In this document: positions 17,785-27,586 of the stretch, in pieces
How positions within the stretch are numbered: the stretch's first letter is position 1
Layout of the letters: each line of letters begins with the position of its first letter
Assembly: GCA_963720505.1 (NCBI GenBank)
Contig: CAVRFT010000006.1
Span: 451,781 to 515,780, forward strand
Origin: an uncultured Chloroflexia bacterium
Lineage (GTDB): Bacteria > Chloroflexota > Limnocylindria > QHBO01
Direction: 5' to 3'
Length of the DNA stretch: 64,000 bases
Notes under the pieces: model-generated
What the model was told of the DNA's origin: nothing
The model's database searches: none
Seen by the model: the letters and a program-made list of their open reading frames with translations, nothing else
Program-made: the position numbers and the translations under genes

Positions 17785-19110
17785 ATGGACCTCGCCACGC
17801 CCTACGACCGGCTACGCGACTTCATCGACCGGATGGCCACCATCGGTGACAAGCCTGAGGACGACGAAGATCTGCGTGTGCGCAAGCACGCCCTGGCCAT
17901 CACGGTGCTGGGACTCATCCCGGCATCCGTGGTGTGGGTGCTGATCGGGCTGCTGATCGACCGGCCGCTGCTGACCGCGTCGTCGATCTACTTCTCGCTG
18001 GCGATGCCGGTCATGCTGGTCGTCCTGTGGCGCACCAAGGCCTTCGAGCCGATCGTGCGCATCCTGCTCGCCATCGGACTCAGCTACGTCGTCCTTGGCC
18101 ACCTGGCGCTGGGCGGCATGCATGCCGGCGGGGCGAGCCTGATCTGGGGCCTGGTGGCGCCGGTCTCCGCGGTCCTCTACTTCGACCGCAGTAGCAGCCT
18201 GCACTGGTTCGTTGGCTTCGGCGCGATCGTGGTCGCGGCGATCATCTTCGATCCGCTGGTCGTCAGCCTGCTTCCCGCCTCGTGGAGCAGCCCGCCGTCC
18301 TGGCTATTCGCCTACAACCTGCTGGGTCCCTCGCTGATCGTGCTGCTGCTGATCCGGTTCGTGGACGGCCAGCGCCTGACGGCCCAGAAGGAGTCGCGGC
18401 ACCTGCTGCATGACATGCTGCCGGGCAAGATCGCCGAGCGGCTGGCAAACGGCGAGCGCCTGATCGCCGAAACCCACCCGGACGTCAGCGTCCTGTTCGC
18501 CGACGTGGTGGGTTTCACCGAGTTCGCCGACCATGTTGAGGCCGATGACCTCCTGCTGACCCTGAACCAGCTCTTCTCCGCCTTCGATCGGATCGCGGCC
18601 CGCCATGGGATCGAGAAGATCAAGACCACCGGCGACGCCTACATCGCGGTGGCGGGGGCGCCGGTCGCCATGGAGGGGCATGCGCTGGCAGCGCTGCGCG
18701 CGGCCGCCGACATGCACCGCGCCGTCGAGCGCCTGGGTGGCCTGCGCCGCCGCGGCATGCAGCTGCGGGTGGGGATCGCCTCCGGGCCGATCACGGCCGG
18801 CGTCATCGGCGAGCATCGGTACACCTACGACATGTGGGGCGACACCGTGAACGTGGCCAGTCGCATGGAGTCGACCGGCGTGCCGGGCATGATCCAGGTG
18901 GCGGCTTCGACTCACGACCGCGTGGGCGATGGCTACCCGTGGACCGAGCGCCGCGTGCTGGCCAAGGGCAAGGGCGAGATGACTGCCTACGTCCTGGATC
19001 CGGAGGCCGTCCCGCCGCTGGCACGACGGGCAGCCGCCGGTGACGGCCTCTACCCGACGCCGGGAATGCGGCGGCCGGTCAGCGTCGACGCAGCGGCTTC
19101 GCCAGCCTAG
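17785..19110 (+). CDS. membrane-anchored class III adenylate/guanylate cyclase (paralogue 2, intact)
   Basis: ORF 17767..19110. The ATG at 17785 (MDLATPYDRL) aligns with the MSEIATP start of paralogue 1. It has six TM-like segments, then VSVLFADVVGFTEF...KIKTTGDAYIAVAG...YDMWGDTVNVASRMESTG. Confidence 0.85.
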   Translation: MDLATPYDRLRDFIDRMATIGDKPEDDEDLRVRKHALAITVLGLIPASVVWVLIGLLIDRPLLTASSIYFSLAMPVMLVVLWRTKAFEPIVRILLAIGLSYVVLGHLALGGMHAGGASLIWGLVAPVSAVLYFDRSSSLHWFVGFGAIVVAAIIFDPLVVSLLPASWSSPPSWLFAYNLLGPSLIVLLLIRFVDGQRLTAQKESRHLLHDMLPGKIAERLANGERLIAETHPDVSVLFADVVGFTEFADHVEADDLLLTLNQLFSAFDRIAARHGIEKIKTTGDAYIAVAGAPVAMEGHALAALRAAADMHRAVERLGGLRRRGMQLRVGIASGPITAGVIGEHRYTYDMWGDTVNVASRMESTGVPGMIQVAASTHDRVGDGYPWTERRVLAKGKGEMTAYVLDPEAVPPLARRAAAGDGLYPTPGMRRPVSVDAAASPA

Positions 19111-20266
19111 CGGCCGGCTCGCCGGCCAGGAACTGCTCCAACAGCTCGCTGACCTGCGGCAGCACCTCTTCCTGCAGGGCGTAGGTCGACTGGTTGCCGG
19201 TGCCCTTGGTGGCACGTACCAGGCCGGCGCTGCGCAGGATGACGATGTGATGCCAGAGGCTGGTGCGTGGCACGCCCAGCCGCTCCGCGATCTCCATGCC
19301 GGTCAGCTCGCGCTCGCGCAGCGCGTAGAGCACCTTGAGACGACCCTCGTCTGCGAGGGCCTTGACCAGCTTGACCAGGCGCGGCGGCGGGCCGAACTCA
19401 TCGCCCAGGACTGACTCCTCCGACACGGGGAACAGGACGAGGGTCGTTCCGCGGTGCTCGACGTAGAACACGATCGGTCGTGCCGCGTAGCTGGGCGCCA
19501 TCAGCACGTCCTCCATGCCGGCGTCGATGGCCCAGCGCAGCCCATCGGTCACGTGGTCCAGGATCCCCAGCCCTTCCGCGCGCACCGCCTGCCGGCGGAT
19601 GGCCACGGCCTCGCGCTCCAGGATCGGCATCAGCCGCTCCTCGTCGGGAGCGAACGCCTTCTCGTGCCAGAGCCGCAGGATGTGCAGCAGCTCACCGCGC
19701 AGGTGCTCGAGATCGGCGCGCAGGACGTGGCGCATCGCCTTCTGCCAGGGCGCCTCATCCGGGTAGGACTCGCGACGCAGTCTCTGCTGCGCCCTGGCGT
19801 TGCCCGATGCCGCGGCCTCGATCAGGTCCGCGCTCACCATGCGCAGGACATGGGCGTTCCAGCGCCCCAGCAGATGCAGGCGCAGCTCATCCGCGTCGAC
19901 CGCCTCGATCAGGCTGAACAGGCCCGGGATGTCGTGCTCGCCTCCGGCATCCATGGCGAGGCCCAGCACGTGGTCCCAGAAGCGGAGCGATCCGCCGGCG
20001 AAGCGGCGGATGGCGACGGCATCAGTGCCGAGGTAGCGCTCCTCCTGGCGGACCAGGTCGGAGCTCGCCTCGTAGACGGAATGGCGTTCATCGTCCAGGA
20101 ATGCCCACAGCGCGGCGAGCATCTCGAAGGAAGCGCCAACGGTGACGCGGACGCTGTGCGGTTGCTGCGGCACCCCTGCCGCACCGGCGTTCACGAGCGC
20201 GAACGATAGCGCACCGTCGCCCATCGCGCCCATTTGACGAAAAAGTTCGACAGCGACCAGTTTCAT
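19079..20266 (-). CDS. ArsR-family regulator with a large N-terminal domain of unknown function (DUF5937-like)
   Basis: 395-aa ORF. The C-terminus is LVKALADEGRLKVLYALRERELTGMEIAERLGVPRTSLWHHIVILRSAGLVRA (ArsR wHTH). The first ~290 aa have no motif I recognise. Confidence 0.7.
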   Translation of the reverse strand: MKLVAVELFRQMGAMGDGALSFALVNAGAAGVPQQPHSVRVTVGASFEMLAALWAFLDDERHSVYEASSDLVRQEERYLGTDAVAIRRFAGGSLRFWDHVLGLAMDAGGEHDIPGLFSLIEAVDADELRLHLLGRWNAHVLRMVSADLIEAAASGNARAQQRLRRESYPDEAPWQKAMRHVLRADLEHLRGELLHILRLWHEKAFAPDEERLMPILEREAVAIRRQAVRAEGLGILDHVTDGLRWAIDAGMEDVLMAPSYAARPIVFYVEHRGTTLVLFPVSEESVLGDEFGPPPRLVKLVKALADEGRLKVLYALRERELTGMEIAERLGVPRTSLWHHIVILRSAGLVRATKGTGNQSTYALQEEVLPQVSELLEQFLAGEPAARLAKPLRRR

Positions 20267-20361
20267 TGAACCAATCGGTCCCCCGGGAGGTAGACCGATA
20301 CGGAAGGGTGTGCGCCCACTCCTTCCTATTTCTTCCTACCACCCGCCATGAGGAACAGTTC

Positions 20362-22023
20362 ATGCATACCAAACGCCTCGCGGCGGCGGGCTTCGCCGTG
20401 ATCGTTGCCCTCGCCGCCTGCAGTGCGCCCGGCACCTCCAACCCACCCAGTGGCAGCGGTAATGCGTCGCAGCCTCAGGCGGAAGACCAGGTGCTGCGCA
20501 TCCCGCTCGGTGGCGAGCCGGCGACGCTGGATCCGAACCGTGCCAGCGATAGCATTTCAATTACCGTCCTCTACCAGCTGGTGCGTCCGCTGGTCTATTT
20601 CGACGCCGACCTCAACACGGTGTCGGAGGGTGGCCTGGCCGATTCCTGGGACGTCAGCGAGGATGGCAAGACCGTCACCTTCCACCTGAAGGACGGGATC
20701 AAGTACTCCGACGGCAGCGACATCGTGGCCGCCGACTTCGTGACCTCGTGGCGGCGCCTGATCGATCCGCGCACCGCCGCTGACTACTACTACGTCATGC
20801 TCGACGTCGAGGGCGCGGCCGACGTGGCCGGTGCGAATCCGGACGACGATGCCGCCGTCGAAGCGGCCCTGAAGAAGTTCGGGGTCGAGGCGCCGGACGA
20901 CGCGACGTTCGTCGTTCATCTCTCGCACCCGGCGACCTACTTCATCTCGATCGCCACGCTATGGGCTACCGCCCCGATTCGCGAGGACTTCGCGTATGGC
21001 GAGGCGGATGGCTATGTCTCGTCCGGTCCGTACATGATCTCCAGCTGGGAGCATGACGCTCAGCTGACGCTCGATCCCAACCCGGAGTGGAATTCGGGTC
21101 CGGCGAGCGGAGTCCAGCTCGAGATGCCGATCATCGCCGATCCGGCGCAGGCCCTGGCCGCGTACGAGAACGACGAGGTTGACCTGGCGCTGGTGCCGTC
21201 CGCCGACGTGCCGCGCATCAAGGACGATCCGGACCTGAGCCAGCAGGTGGTGCAGGGCGACGTGCTGTCGCTCGAGTACTACGGCTTCGACATGCGGCCG
21301 GACAGCGTGTTCGCCAAGTCCAAGTCACTGCGCTACGCCTTCAGCGAGGCGGTCGACAAGCAGACGCTGATCGACACGCTGCGCCAGGGGGTCGGCACGG
21401 TGGCCGGCTCGGCGGTACCGCCGGGCATGCCGGGTCACCAGGCCGACATCGGTATCGGGTTCGACGTGGCCAAGGCCAAGACCGACTTCCAGGCCGGTCT
21501 CGGGGAAGCGGGCGTGAGTGCCGGCGACCTGAAGCTGCAGCTCGGCTACAACACCGAGGCCGATCACGAGCCGACGGTGGAGTTCCTGCAGGAGCAGTGG
21601 CGCACCGCCTTCGACGTCAACGTCGAGCTGGTCGGGCTCGAGTGGTCGAGCTACCTGACCCGCCTCAACGAGGATCCGTTCGACATCTTCCGTCTGGGCT
21701 GGGGCGCGGACTACCCGCATCCCAACAACTTCCTGACGGACCTGTTCACCTGCACCTCCGGCAACAACAACATGCAGTACTGCAATGAGGACTTCGATGC
21801 CCTCATGGCCGATGCTGCGGTCGAGCCGGATCTGGACACCCAGGTGGGCATCTACAACCAGGCGCAGGAGATGCTGGTCGACGACGCACCGGTCATCTTC
21901 ATCAGCTGGGGCGGTCGCTTCACGCTGGTCAAGCCCTGGGTCACCAACCTGACCATCACCCCGGGTGATGCCACCACGGGCTCGTACTTCTATGACGCGG
22001 TGACGATCGCCGCGCACGACTAA
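20362..22023 (+). CDS. ABC-transporter substrate-binding lipoprotein, family 5 (peptide/nickel type)
   Basis: ATG at 20362 gives MHTKRLAAAGFAVIVALAACSAPG (lipobox). SBP_bac_5-like blocks follow (LRIPLGGEPATLDPNRASDSISITVLYQLVRPLVYFD, GWGADYPHPNNFL). No permease or ATPase genes are adjacent. Confidence 0.85.
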   Translation: MHTKRLAAAGFAVIVALAACSAPGTSNPPSGSGNASQPQAEDQVLRIPLGGEPATLDPNRASDSISITVLYQLVRPLVYFDADLNTVSEGGLADSWDVSEDGKTVTFHLKDGIKYSDGSDIVAADFVTSWRRLIDPRTAADYYYVMLDVEGAADVAGANPDDDAAVEAALKKFGVEAPDDATFVVHLSHPATYFISIATLWATAPIREDFAYGEADGYVSSGPYMISSWEHDAQLTLDPNPEWNSGPASGVQLEMPIIADPAQALAAYENDEVDLALVPSADVPRIKDDPDLSQQVVQGDVLSLEYYGFDMRPDSVFAKSKSLRYAFSEAVDKQTLIDTLRQGVGTVAGSAVPPGMPGHQADIGIGFDVAKAKTDFQAGLGEAGVSAGDLKLQLGYNTEADHEPTVEFLQEQWRTAFDVNVELVGLEWSSYLTRLNEDPFDIFRLGWGADYPHPNNFLTDLFTCTSGNNNMQYCNEDFDALMADAAVEPDLDTQVGIYNQAQEMLVDDAPVIFISWGGRFTLVKPWVTNLTITPGDATTGSYFYDAVTIAAHD

Positions 22024-22034
22024 GGCGACACGTG

Positions 22035-22066
22035 CCAGGGCCGTTGCGCCGACGCGACGGCCCTGG
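22035..22066 (+). terminator. stem-loop after the SBP gene
   Basis: CCAGGGCCGT (22035-22044) pairs with ACGGCCCTGG (22057-22066), a perfect 10-bp stem. Confidence 0.5.
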
Positions 22067-22117
22067 CTCCTCACCATCCGTCCATGGCAGCAGGAGCACC
22101 ATCACAGGTAGGCATTC

Positions 22118-22400
22118 ATGATCGCGCGCTACGAAACGAACGACCTTCATCTGGCCGCCACCCTCCAGTGCCTTGGCCTGGAGCTGCTGGAGGTGAACCG
22201 ATCCGACCCGCGCCGAGTCAAGTTCGTCTTCGAAGACGACGCTCTACGGCGCGAGTGGACGCGGGAATACCTGGCCGGCGGCCTCCGCGTCGACCCGCTC
22301 ATCCTGTTGAACTCATTCCGTTCCCTGAAGCGGCAGATCTACGCCGATTCCAGCCCGGCCAACCACGTCGTGCGGGTCGTCCCCCAGCAGCGGGCGGCGG
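22118..22400 (+). CDS. DUF5659-like small protein; 3' end uncertain
   Basis: The N-terminus MIARYETNDLHLAATLQCLGLELLEVNRSDPRRVKFVFEDDALRREWTREYLAGGLRVDPLILLNSFRSLKRQIY matches the DUF5659 pattern as I remember it. The ORF (22118..22675) then becomes Arg/Pro-rich and runs into the csp gene, so the real stop is probably masked by an indel. Confidence 0.5.
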
Positions 22401-22562
22401 CGGGCGGCGCGCGCCGACTGAACCGCCATCCGCGCCGAACGGCGCGGAGGGACTATGCTTGTACCTCCTCCGGACCGTCCGGAGACCTCCGTCCGGTCGT
22501 TTGCTTCTCGAGTCGACCGCGCGTCGACCTAATGCATCGAGAAGAGAGACATGGGAGTGACC

Positions 22563-22766
22563 ATGACAAGCGGCACTGTGAAGCGAGTAATCAGCGAGCG
22601 CGGGTTCGGCTTCATCGTCGGCGAGGATGGCAAGGAGTACTTCTTCCATCGCGACGGCCTGACCAGCTCCATTGACTTCGACCGTCTGGTCGGAGGCGAG
22701 AAGGTCAGCTTCGACACCGAGACCGGACCCAAGGGCGAGCGCGCAGTGCGCGTGCAGGCCGCCTAG
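22563..22766 (+). CDS. cold-shock protein (CspA family)
   Basis: It reads MTSGTVKRVISERGFGFIVGEDGKEYFFH (RNP1/RNP2-like motifs). ATG 22563 lies 5-6 nt after GGGAG. This is the in-frame tail of ORF 22551..22766. Confidence 0.9.
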   Translation: MTSGTVKRVISERGFGFIVGEDGKEYFFHRDGLTSSIDFDRLVGGEKVSFDTETGPKGERAVRVQAA

Positions 22767-22787
22767 GCTCCTCTCTCCTCACGACAG

Positions 22788-22825
22788 GGCGCTCGGCCGC
22801 ACAGGCCGGGCGCTCTTTCATTTCT
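22788..22825 (+). terminator. intrinsic terminator after csp
   Basis: GCGCTCGGCC (22788-22797) pairs with GGCCGGGCGC (22803-22812), with one G-U pair. It is followed by TCTTTCATTTCTG. Confidence 0.55.
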
Positions 22826-22898
22826 GCCCGGCCGCCGGCGGCGTGGAATGAGCCACCCCGCACATTCGCCGGCAGTCGCGCGGACTACGATCAGCCAC

Positions 22899-24443
22899 AT
22901 GGAGGCGGCTCGACGGCTTCCCGCGCCCGCGCGCTACGGCCTTGCCCTGCTGGGCGTGGCCGTCGTCACCGCCCTCATCGCCGCGCTGGGGCGCTTCCAT
23001 CTGGCCAACGCGTCGATGCTGTACCTGATCGTGGTGCTGCTCGCCGCCGTGGCGCTGGGACGCGGCCCGGCGGTGATGGTCGCCTTCGCCGCCTTCCTGG
23101 CAACCAACTTCTTCCTGGTCGAGCCGCGCTTCTCCCTCGCCGTCGCGAATCCCGAAGAGTGGGTGACGCTGATCCTGCTGCTGCTGACCGCGGTGGTCAC
23201 CGGGCAGGTCGCCGCGGGACAGGAGCAGCGCGCCGAGGAGGCCGAGGCCAACGCTCGCGAGGCGCGCCTGCTGTCTGAGGTGGCGCAGCTGATGACCGAA
23301 CCGAATCTCGACCCGGCGCTGGGCCGCGTCGCGGAACGGCTGCGCGGGGAGATGGGCGTGCTGGCGGTTCGCATCGTGGTCAACGGCGAGGACGGCGGCC
23401 TGCTGGCCAGCGCATCGGCAGGTGCCGGCACCGACCTGGAAGCGCTGACCGCCGCCCTGGCCGGCGCCGGGTCGGAGGTGCTGAGCCCGAGCGGGGGCCG
23501 ATGGGTGCGCGTGGTCCAGCCCCACGCGGGCCGCGCGGCCGCAACCTCCGCATCGGTTCCGTCCCTGCGGCTGCTGCGCGTACCGGTGCGGGCGCCGCAC
23601 GGCGAGACGGGCGAGGTGATCCTGGCCGCCCACCGCGACAGCCGGTTCGGGCCGGCGGACGTGCGCCTGCTGGAGTCCGTGTCGGCCCAGCTGTGGGGCG
23701 CCGTGGATCGGGCGCGGCTGCGCGACGAGGCCAATGAGGCCGAGGCGCTGCGCCGGGCCGACCAGGTGAAGTCGGCGCTGCTCGACGCGGTCAGCCACGA
23801 CCTGCGGACGCCACTGGCCTCGATCCTGGCGTCGGCCGGCAGCCTGCGCCAGCGCGACGTCGAGTGGGACGAGGAGGCGCGGCGCAGCTTCGCCGAGGCC
23901 ATCGAGCAGGAGGCGCATCGGCTCGACCGCATCGTTGGCAACCTGCTCGACCTGTCGCGCCTGGAGAGCGGCACGCTGCAGCCGGATCGCGGCTGGTATG
24001 AGCCAACCGCCCTCATCAACGAGGTGGCCGCGCGGCTGCGGCCGCTGCTGGCGCCGCACACGCTGGCGCTGGACCTGCCCGACGAGCTGCCACCGGTTCA
24101 CCTGGACTACTCGGAGGTCGACCAGGTGCTGTCGAACCTGATCGAGAACGCCGCCAAGTACTCGCCGCCCGAATCGGAGATCCGGGTCAGCGCGGCCGTT
24201 GCCGACGGCTCCCTGCGGGTGGACGTGGCGGACCAGGGGCCCGGGGTGGCCCGCGACGCGATGCCACGCCTCTTCGAGCCGTTCTTCCGCGGCGCCCGCG
24301 CCCGGCGTGGCGGCAGCGGCCTGGGACTGGCAGTCGCCCGCGGCCTGGTGGAGGCTCACGGCGGCCGCATCTGGGCGGAGAACCGGCCCGAGGGGGGCGC
24401 GCGCTTCAGCTTCGAGATCCCCGACGGCACGGAGGCGCCATGA
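22899..24443 (+). CDS. KdpD-like sensor histidine kinase lacking the N-terminal KdpD/Usp sensor domains (DUF4118 membrane domain, GAF-like, HisKA, HATPase)
   Basis: ORF 22848..24443. The membrane part is LLGVAVVTALIAALG...MLYLIVVLLAAVALGRGPAVMVAFAAFLATNFFLVEPRFSL. The H-box is LLDAVSHDLRTPLASI. The ATPase blocks are NLIENAAKYSP, DQGPGV and GSGLGLAVARG. Confidence 0.85.
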   Translation: MEAARRLPAPARYGLALLGVAVVTALIAALGRFHLANASMLYLIVVLLAAVALGRGPAVMVAFAAFLATNFFLVEPRFSLAVANPEEWVTLILLLLTAVVTGQVAAGQEQRAEEAEANAREARLLSEVAQLMTEPNLDPALGRVAERLRGEMGVLAVRIVVNGEDGGLLASASAGAGTDLEALTAALAGAGSEVLSPSGGRWVRVVQPHAGRAAATSASVPSLRLLRVPVRAPHGETGEVILAAHRDSRFGPADVRLLESVSAQLWGAVDRARLRDEANEAEALRRADQVKSALLDAVSHDLRTPLASILASAGSLRQRDVEWDEEARRSFAEAIEQEAHRLDRIVGNLLDLSRLESGTLQPDRGWYEPTALINEVAARLRPLLAPHTLALDLPDELPPVHLDYSEVDQVLSNLIENAAKYSPPESEIRVSAAVADGSLRVDVADQGPGVARDAMPRLFEPFFRGARARRGGSGLGLAVARGLVEAHGGRIWAENRPEGGARFSFEIPDGTEAP

Positions 24444-25189
24444 GCGAAGACAGCGGTCGCGGCGCCCGCATCCTGGTCGTCGATGACGAGCCGGCGCTGC
24501 GGCGGGCGGTGGAGCGCAACCTGGCCGGCCACGGCTTCGAGGTGCGCGGCGCCGAGACCGGCGAGGAAGGTCTCGAGCTGGAGACCCGCTTCCACCCCGA
24601 CCTGGTGCTGCTGGACATGGTGCTGCCGGACATCCCCGGCACCGAGGTGATCACGCGCCTGCGAGAGCGCAGCAGCCTGCCGATCATCGTCCTGTCGGTG
24701 CGCGAAGCGGAGGGCGACAAGGTCCGCGCCCTGGAGCTCGGGGCCGATGATTACCTGACCAAGCCGTTCGGCGTCGACGAGCTGCTGGCGCGCATCCGGG
24801 TGGCGCTGCGTCACGCCGCGCGCTCCGGCGCGCGGACCGATTCCGTCTTCCGCAGCGGCGAGCTGTCGGTCGACCTCGAGCGGCGCGAGGTGCGGACGGG
24901 CGACAGGCGGGTGCACCTGACGCCGACCGAGTACGCGCTGCTGGGCGCCCTGATCGCCGATGCCGGCCGGGTGCTGACCGATCGAGCCCTGCTCCAGCGG
25001 GTCTGGGGGCCGGAGTACGGGTCGGAAGACCACTACCTGCACGTCTACATGGCCCGGCTGCGCAAGAAGCTGGAGCCAGATCCGGCCAATCCCCGCTACC
25101 TGCGCACCGAGCCGGGCGTCGGCTACCGCCTGCTCGAAGCCGGAGACCGATCCACCGCAGCGAGCCTGAACGACGCGCCGCAGGATTGA
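24440..25189 (+). CDS. kdpE: OmpR/PhoB-type response regulator, KdpE-like
   Basis: It reads ILVVDDEPALRR...DLVLLDMVLPD...IIVLSVREAEGDKVRALELGADDYLTKPFGVDELLARIRVALRH plus a winged-helix C-terminus (RYLRTEPGVGYRL). The start overlaps the kinase stop by 4 nt. Confidence 0.8.
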   Translation: MSEDSGRGARILVVDDEPALRRAVERNLAGHGFEVRGAETGEEGLELETRFHPDLVLLDMVLPDIPGTEVITRLRERSSLPIIVLSVREAEGDKVRALELGADDYLTKPFGVDELLARIRVALRHAARSGARTDSVFRSGELSVDLERREVRTGDRRVHLTPTEYALLGALIADAGRVLTDRALLQRVWGPEYGSEDHYLHVYMARLRKKLEPDPANPRYLRTEPGVGYRLLEAGDRSTAASLNDAPQD

Positions 25190-25257
25190 GGCAATGTTGA
25201 GGTGACGGCGGTCCGGCGTTGACACGCCGTTGAGCGCCAGCGGCGGAGCATGGTCAC

Positions 25258-25543
25258 GTGCTAAGCGTCGTCGATGGGGCCGCCACGACCCACACCATCT
25301 CTTCCCTGCGGGCAGCCTGCGACATGCTGGAAGGGGCGGCAGGCCGGATCAACGCCGTCAGCGTGTCCGGCGTCCTGCCCGACCACGACGATCCCACCCT
25401 GCCGGTCATGGCGGTCGCCCAGCGCCTGGCCGCCGAGCACCAGCTGTCGGTCGTGGTCAGCGTCGAGGGGCAGCGCTTCGTGGTGGAGTTCCGCCGCGGC
25501 ACAGCCCACGGATCGACGCCTGACGGAGGCCGGCTGAGTCCGC
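25258..25543 (+). CDS. possible small ORF of unknown function between kdpE-like and the first permease (3' end undefined)
   Basis: A GTG at 25258 opens a frame whose first ~85 aa look protein-like (LSVVDGAATTHTISSLRAACDMLEGAAGRINAVSVSGVLPDHDDPTLPVMAVAQRLAAEHQLSVVVSVEGQRFVVEFRRG). The frame has no stop before it runs antiparallel-free through the permease gene. The end is therefore unknown and the call is weak. Confidence 0.3.
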
Positions 25544-27582
25544 ATGGATCCCGATCCATCGCCCACGCGGATCGACCCCCACCTCGAAGTCCGGGAACAC
25601 AAGAAGGGGATCAGGCCGGGCGACGCCTACGTCCGCATCGTGCGGCCATTCGAGACCGAGTTCGAGCGCGGCGAGAATGGCCACCTGGTCGCCACCAGCG
25701 AGACATTGCTCTCGCCGCCCGGGTTTCGGCGCGTCCTGGCCGGTGCCCGCTCGTTCCTGATCGGCCGCCCGATCTCTTCGGAGCGGGAGGAGCACGAGCG
25801 GCTCACCAAGCTCAAGGCGCTGGCCGTCTTCAGCAGCGACAACATCAGCTCATCGGCCTACGCCACCGAGGAGATGATGCGGGTGCTGGCGGTGGCCGGG
25901 GTGAGCGCCTTCGCCCTGGTCATGCCGCTGACGCTGGTCATCGTTGTCGTGCTGGCCATCGTGGCCACCAGCTACCGCCAGACGATCAAGGCCTATCCGC
26001 ACGGCGCCTCGAGCTACATCGTGGCGTCGGACAACCTGGGGGCTCCGGCCGGCCTGGTCGCGGCCGGCGCCCTGCTGATCGACTACACCCTGACGGTGGC
26101 GGTTTCCGTATCCGCGGGCGTGGCAGCGATCACCTCGATGGTGCCAGCGCTCCTTCCCGAAAAAGTCCTGATCGCCGTCGTGATCGTCGTCGCCCTGACG
26201 CTGGGCAACCTGCGCGGCGTCCGCGAGTCCGGCACGATCTTCATGGCGCCGACCTACCTCTACATCGTGGCGGTGCTGGGTCTGATCACCTTCGGTCTCA
26301 TCGGCCTGGCGGCCGGGATCATCCCGCCGTACACGCCGCCACCCGAGTGGGTAGCGGAGGAGACGAGCGGCGCACTCGGTGCGCTGGGCCTGCTGCTGGT
26401 CCTGCGGGCCTTCTCGTCCGGGGCGGTGGCCCTGACCGGGGTCGAGGCAGTCTCGGACGGCGTGCCAGCCTTCAAGCCGCCCGAGTGGCGCAATGCGCGC
26501 ACCACCCTGACCTGGGCGGCGGGGCTGTTCGCCGTGCTGTTCGTGGGCATCAGCCTGCTGGTCAGCATCCTGGGCATCATTCCGGATCCGAGCGAGGACC
26601 AGACGGTGCTCTACCTCCTGACGCGGCACATCACCGGCGACGGCCCGTACCTCATCTTCGTGCAGATCTCCACGGCCCTCATCCTGACCTTGGCTGCCAA
26701 CACCAGCTTCGCCGACTTTCCGCGCCTGTCCTCTTTCCTGGCGCGCGACGGCTTCATGCCGCGCCAGTTCGGCTTCCGCGGGGATCGGCTGGCCTTCTCC
26801 ACCGGGATCATCGCGCTGGCCGGACTGGCGATCGTCCTGCTCATCGGCTTCGGCGCATCGGTCAGCGCACTGATTCCGCTCTACACGCTGGGCGTATTCG
26901 TGGCCTTCACCCTCTCGCAGAGCGGGATGGTGCGGCGTTGGTGGCACCGCCGCGAGCCGGGGTGGCGCCGCGGACTGGCCATCAACGGGCTGGGCGCCGT
27001 CACCACCGGCGTGATCGTCCTGGTGGTGGCGGCCAGCAAGTTCACCTCGGGCGCCTGGCTGGTGATGATCCTTGTCCCGCTGCTGGTGCTCCTGATGTGG
27101 GCCATCCATGTCCACTATCAGCGCCTGGAGCTGGCAGTCGCGCCGCGCTCCGCCGCCCGTGTCAGCGTGCCGGCCCGCTCGCCACTGGTGATCGTGCCGA
27201 TCGCGCGGCTGGACCAGCCCTCGCTGGACGCCGTCGCGTTCGCTCGCTCCATCGCTCCGGACGCGCTGGCGGTGCACATCACCAACGACGCGGCGGCCGC
27301 GGCAGAACTGCGGATCGGTGGGCCGAGCTGGGCGGCGGCGTGGAGCTTGTGATCGTCGAGTCGCCCTACCGGGCCCTCATCAAGCCCCTCCTGCGCTACC
27401 TGGACGCGCTGCAGGGCCAGGACCCGGACCGCCGGCTGCTGGTCGTCCTGTCGGAGGTCGTGCCGCGCCACTGGTGGGACAACTTCCTGCACAACCAGAC
27501 CGCGCTGCGGCTCAAGCTGCGGCTCTTCTTCCGGCCGAACACGATCGTGGCGGACGTGCCCTACCACGCCCCGGAGGCGTAA
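25544..27582 (+). CDS. APC-superfamily permease with a C-terminal cytoplasmic domain (KimA-like architecture), copy 1; apparent frameshift near 27315
   Basis: ORF 25544..27352 has 12 TM-like segments (AVFSSDNISSSAYATEEMMRVL, LLIDYTLTVAVSVSAG, LRAFSSGAVALTGVEAVSDGVPAFKPPE). The tail continues in the frame of ORF 25258..27582 as RWAELGGGVELVIVESPYRALIKPLLRYLD...LHNQTALRLKLRLFFRPNTIVADVPYH. It is collinear with copy 2. Confidence 0.85.
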
Positions 27583-27586
27583 GGCG

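Noticed and set aside
20362-22023. Orphan family-5 substrate-binding protein as part of a nickel or peptide ABC importer linked to the ArsR-like gene
   Set aside because: No permease or ATPase genes are adjacent, and nothing in the sequence distinguishes a nickel from a peptide ligand. It is left as a plain feature.
25190-25543. ydaO-type c-di-AMP riboswitch upstream of the KimA-like permease
   Set aside because: I expected it by analogy with B. subtilis kimA. I could not find the pseudo-symmetric conserved ACGGGGA/CCCA-type cores, so there is not enough evidence without a covariance-model scan.
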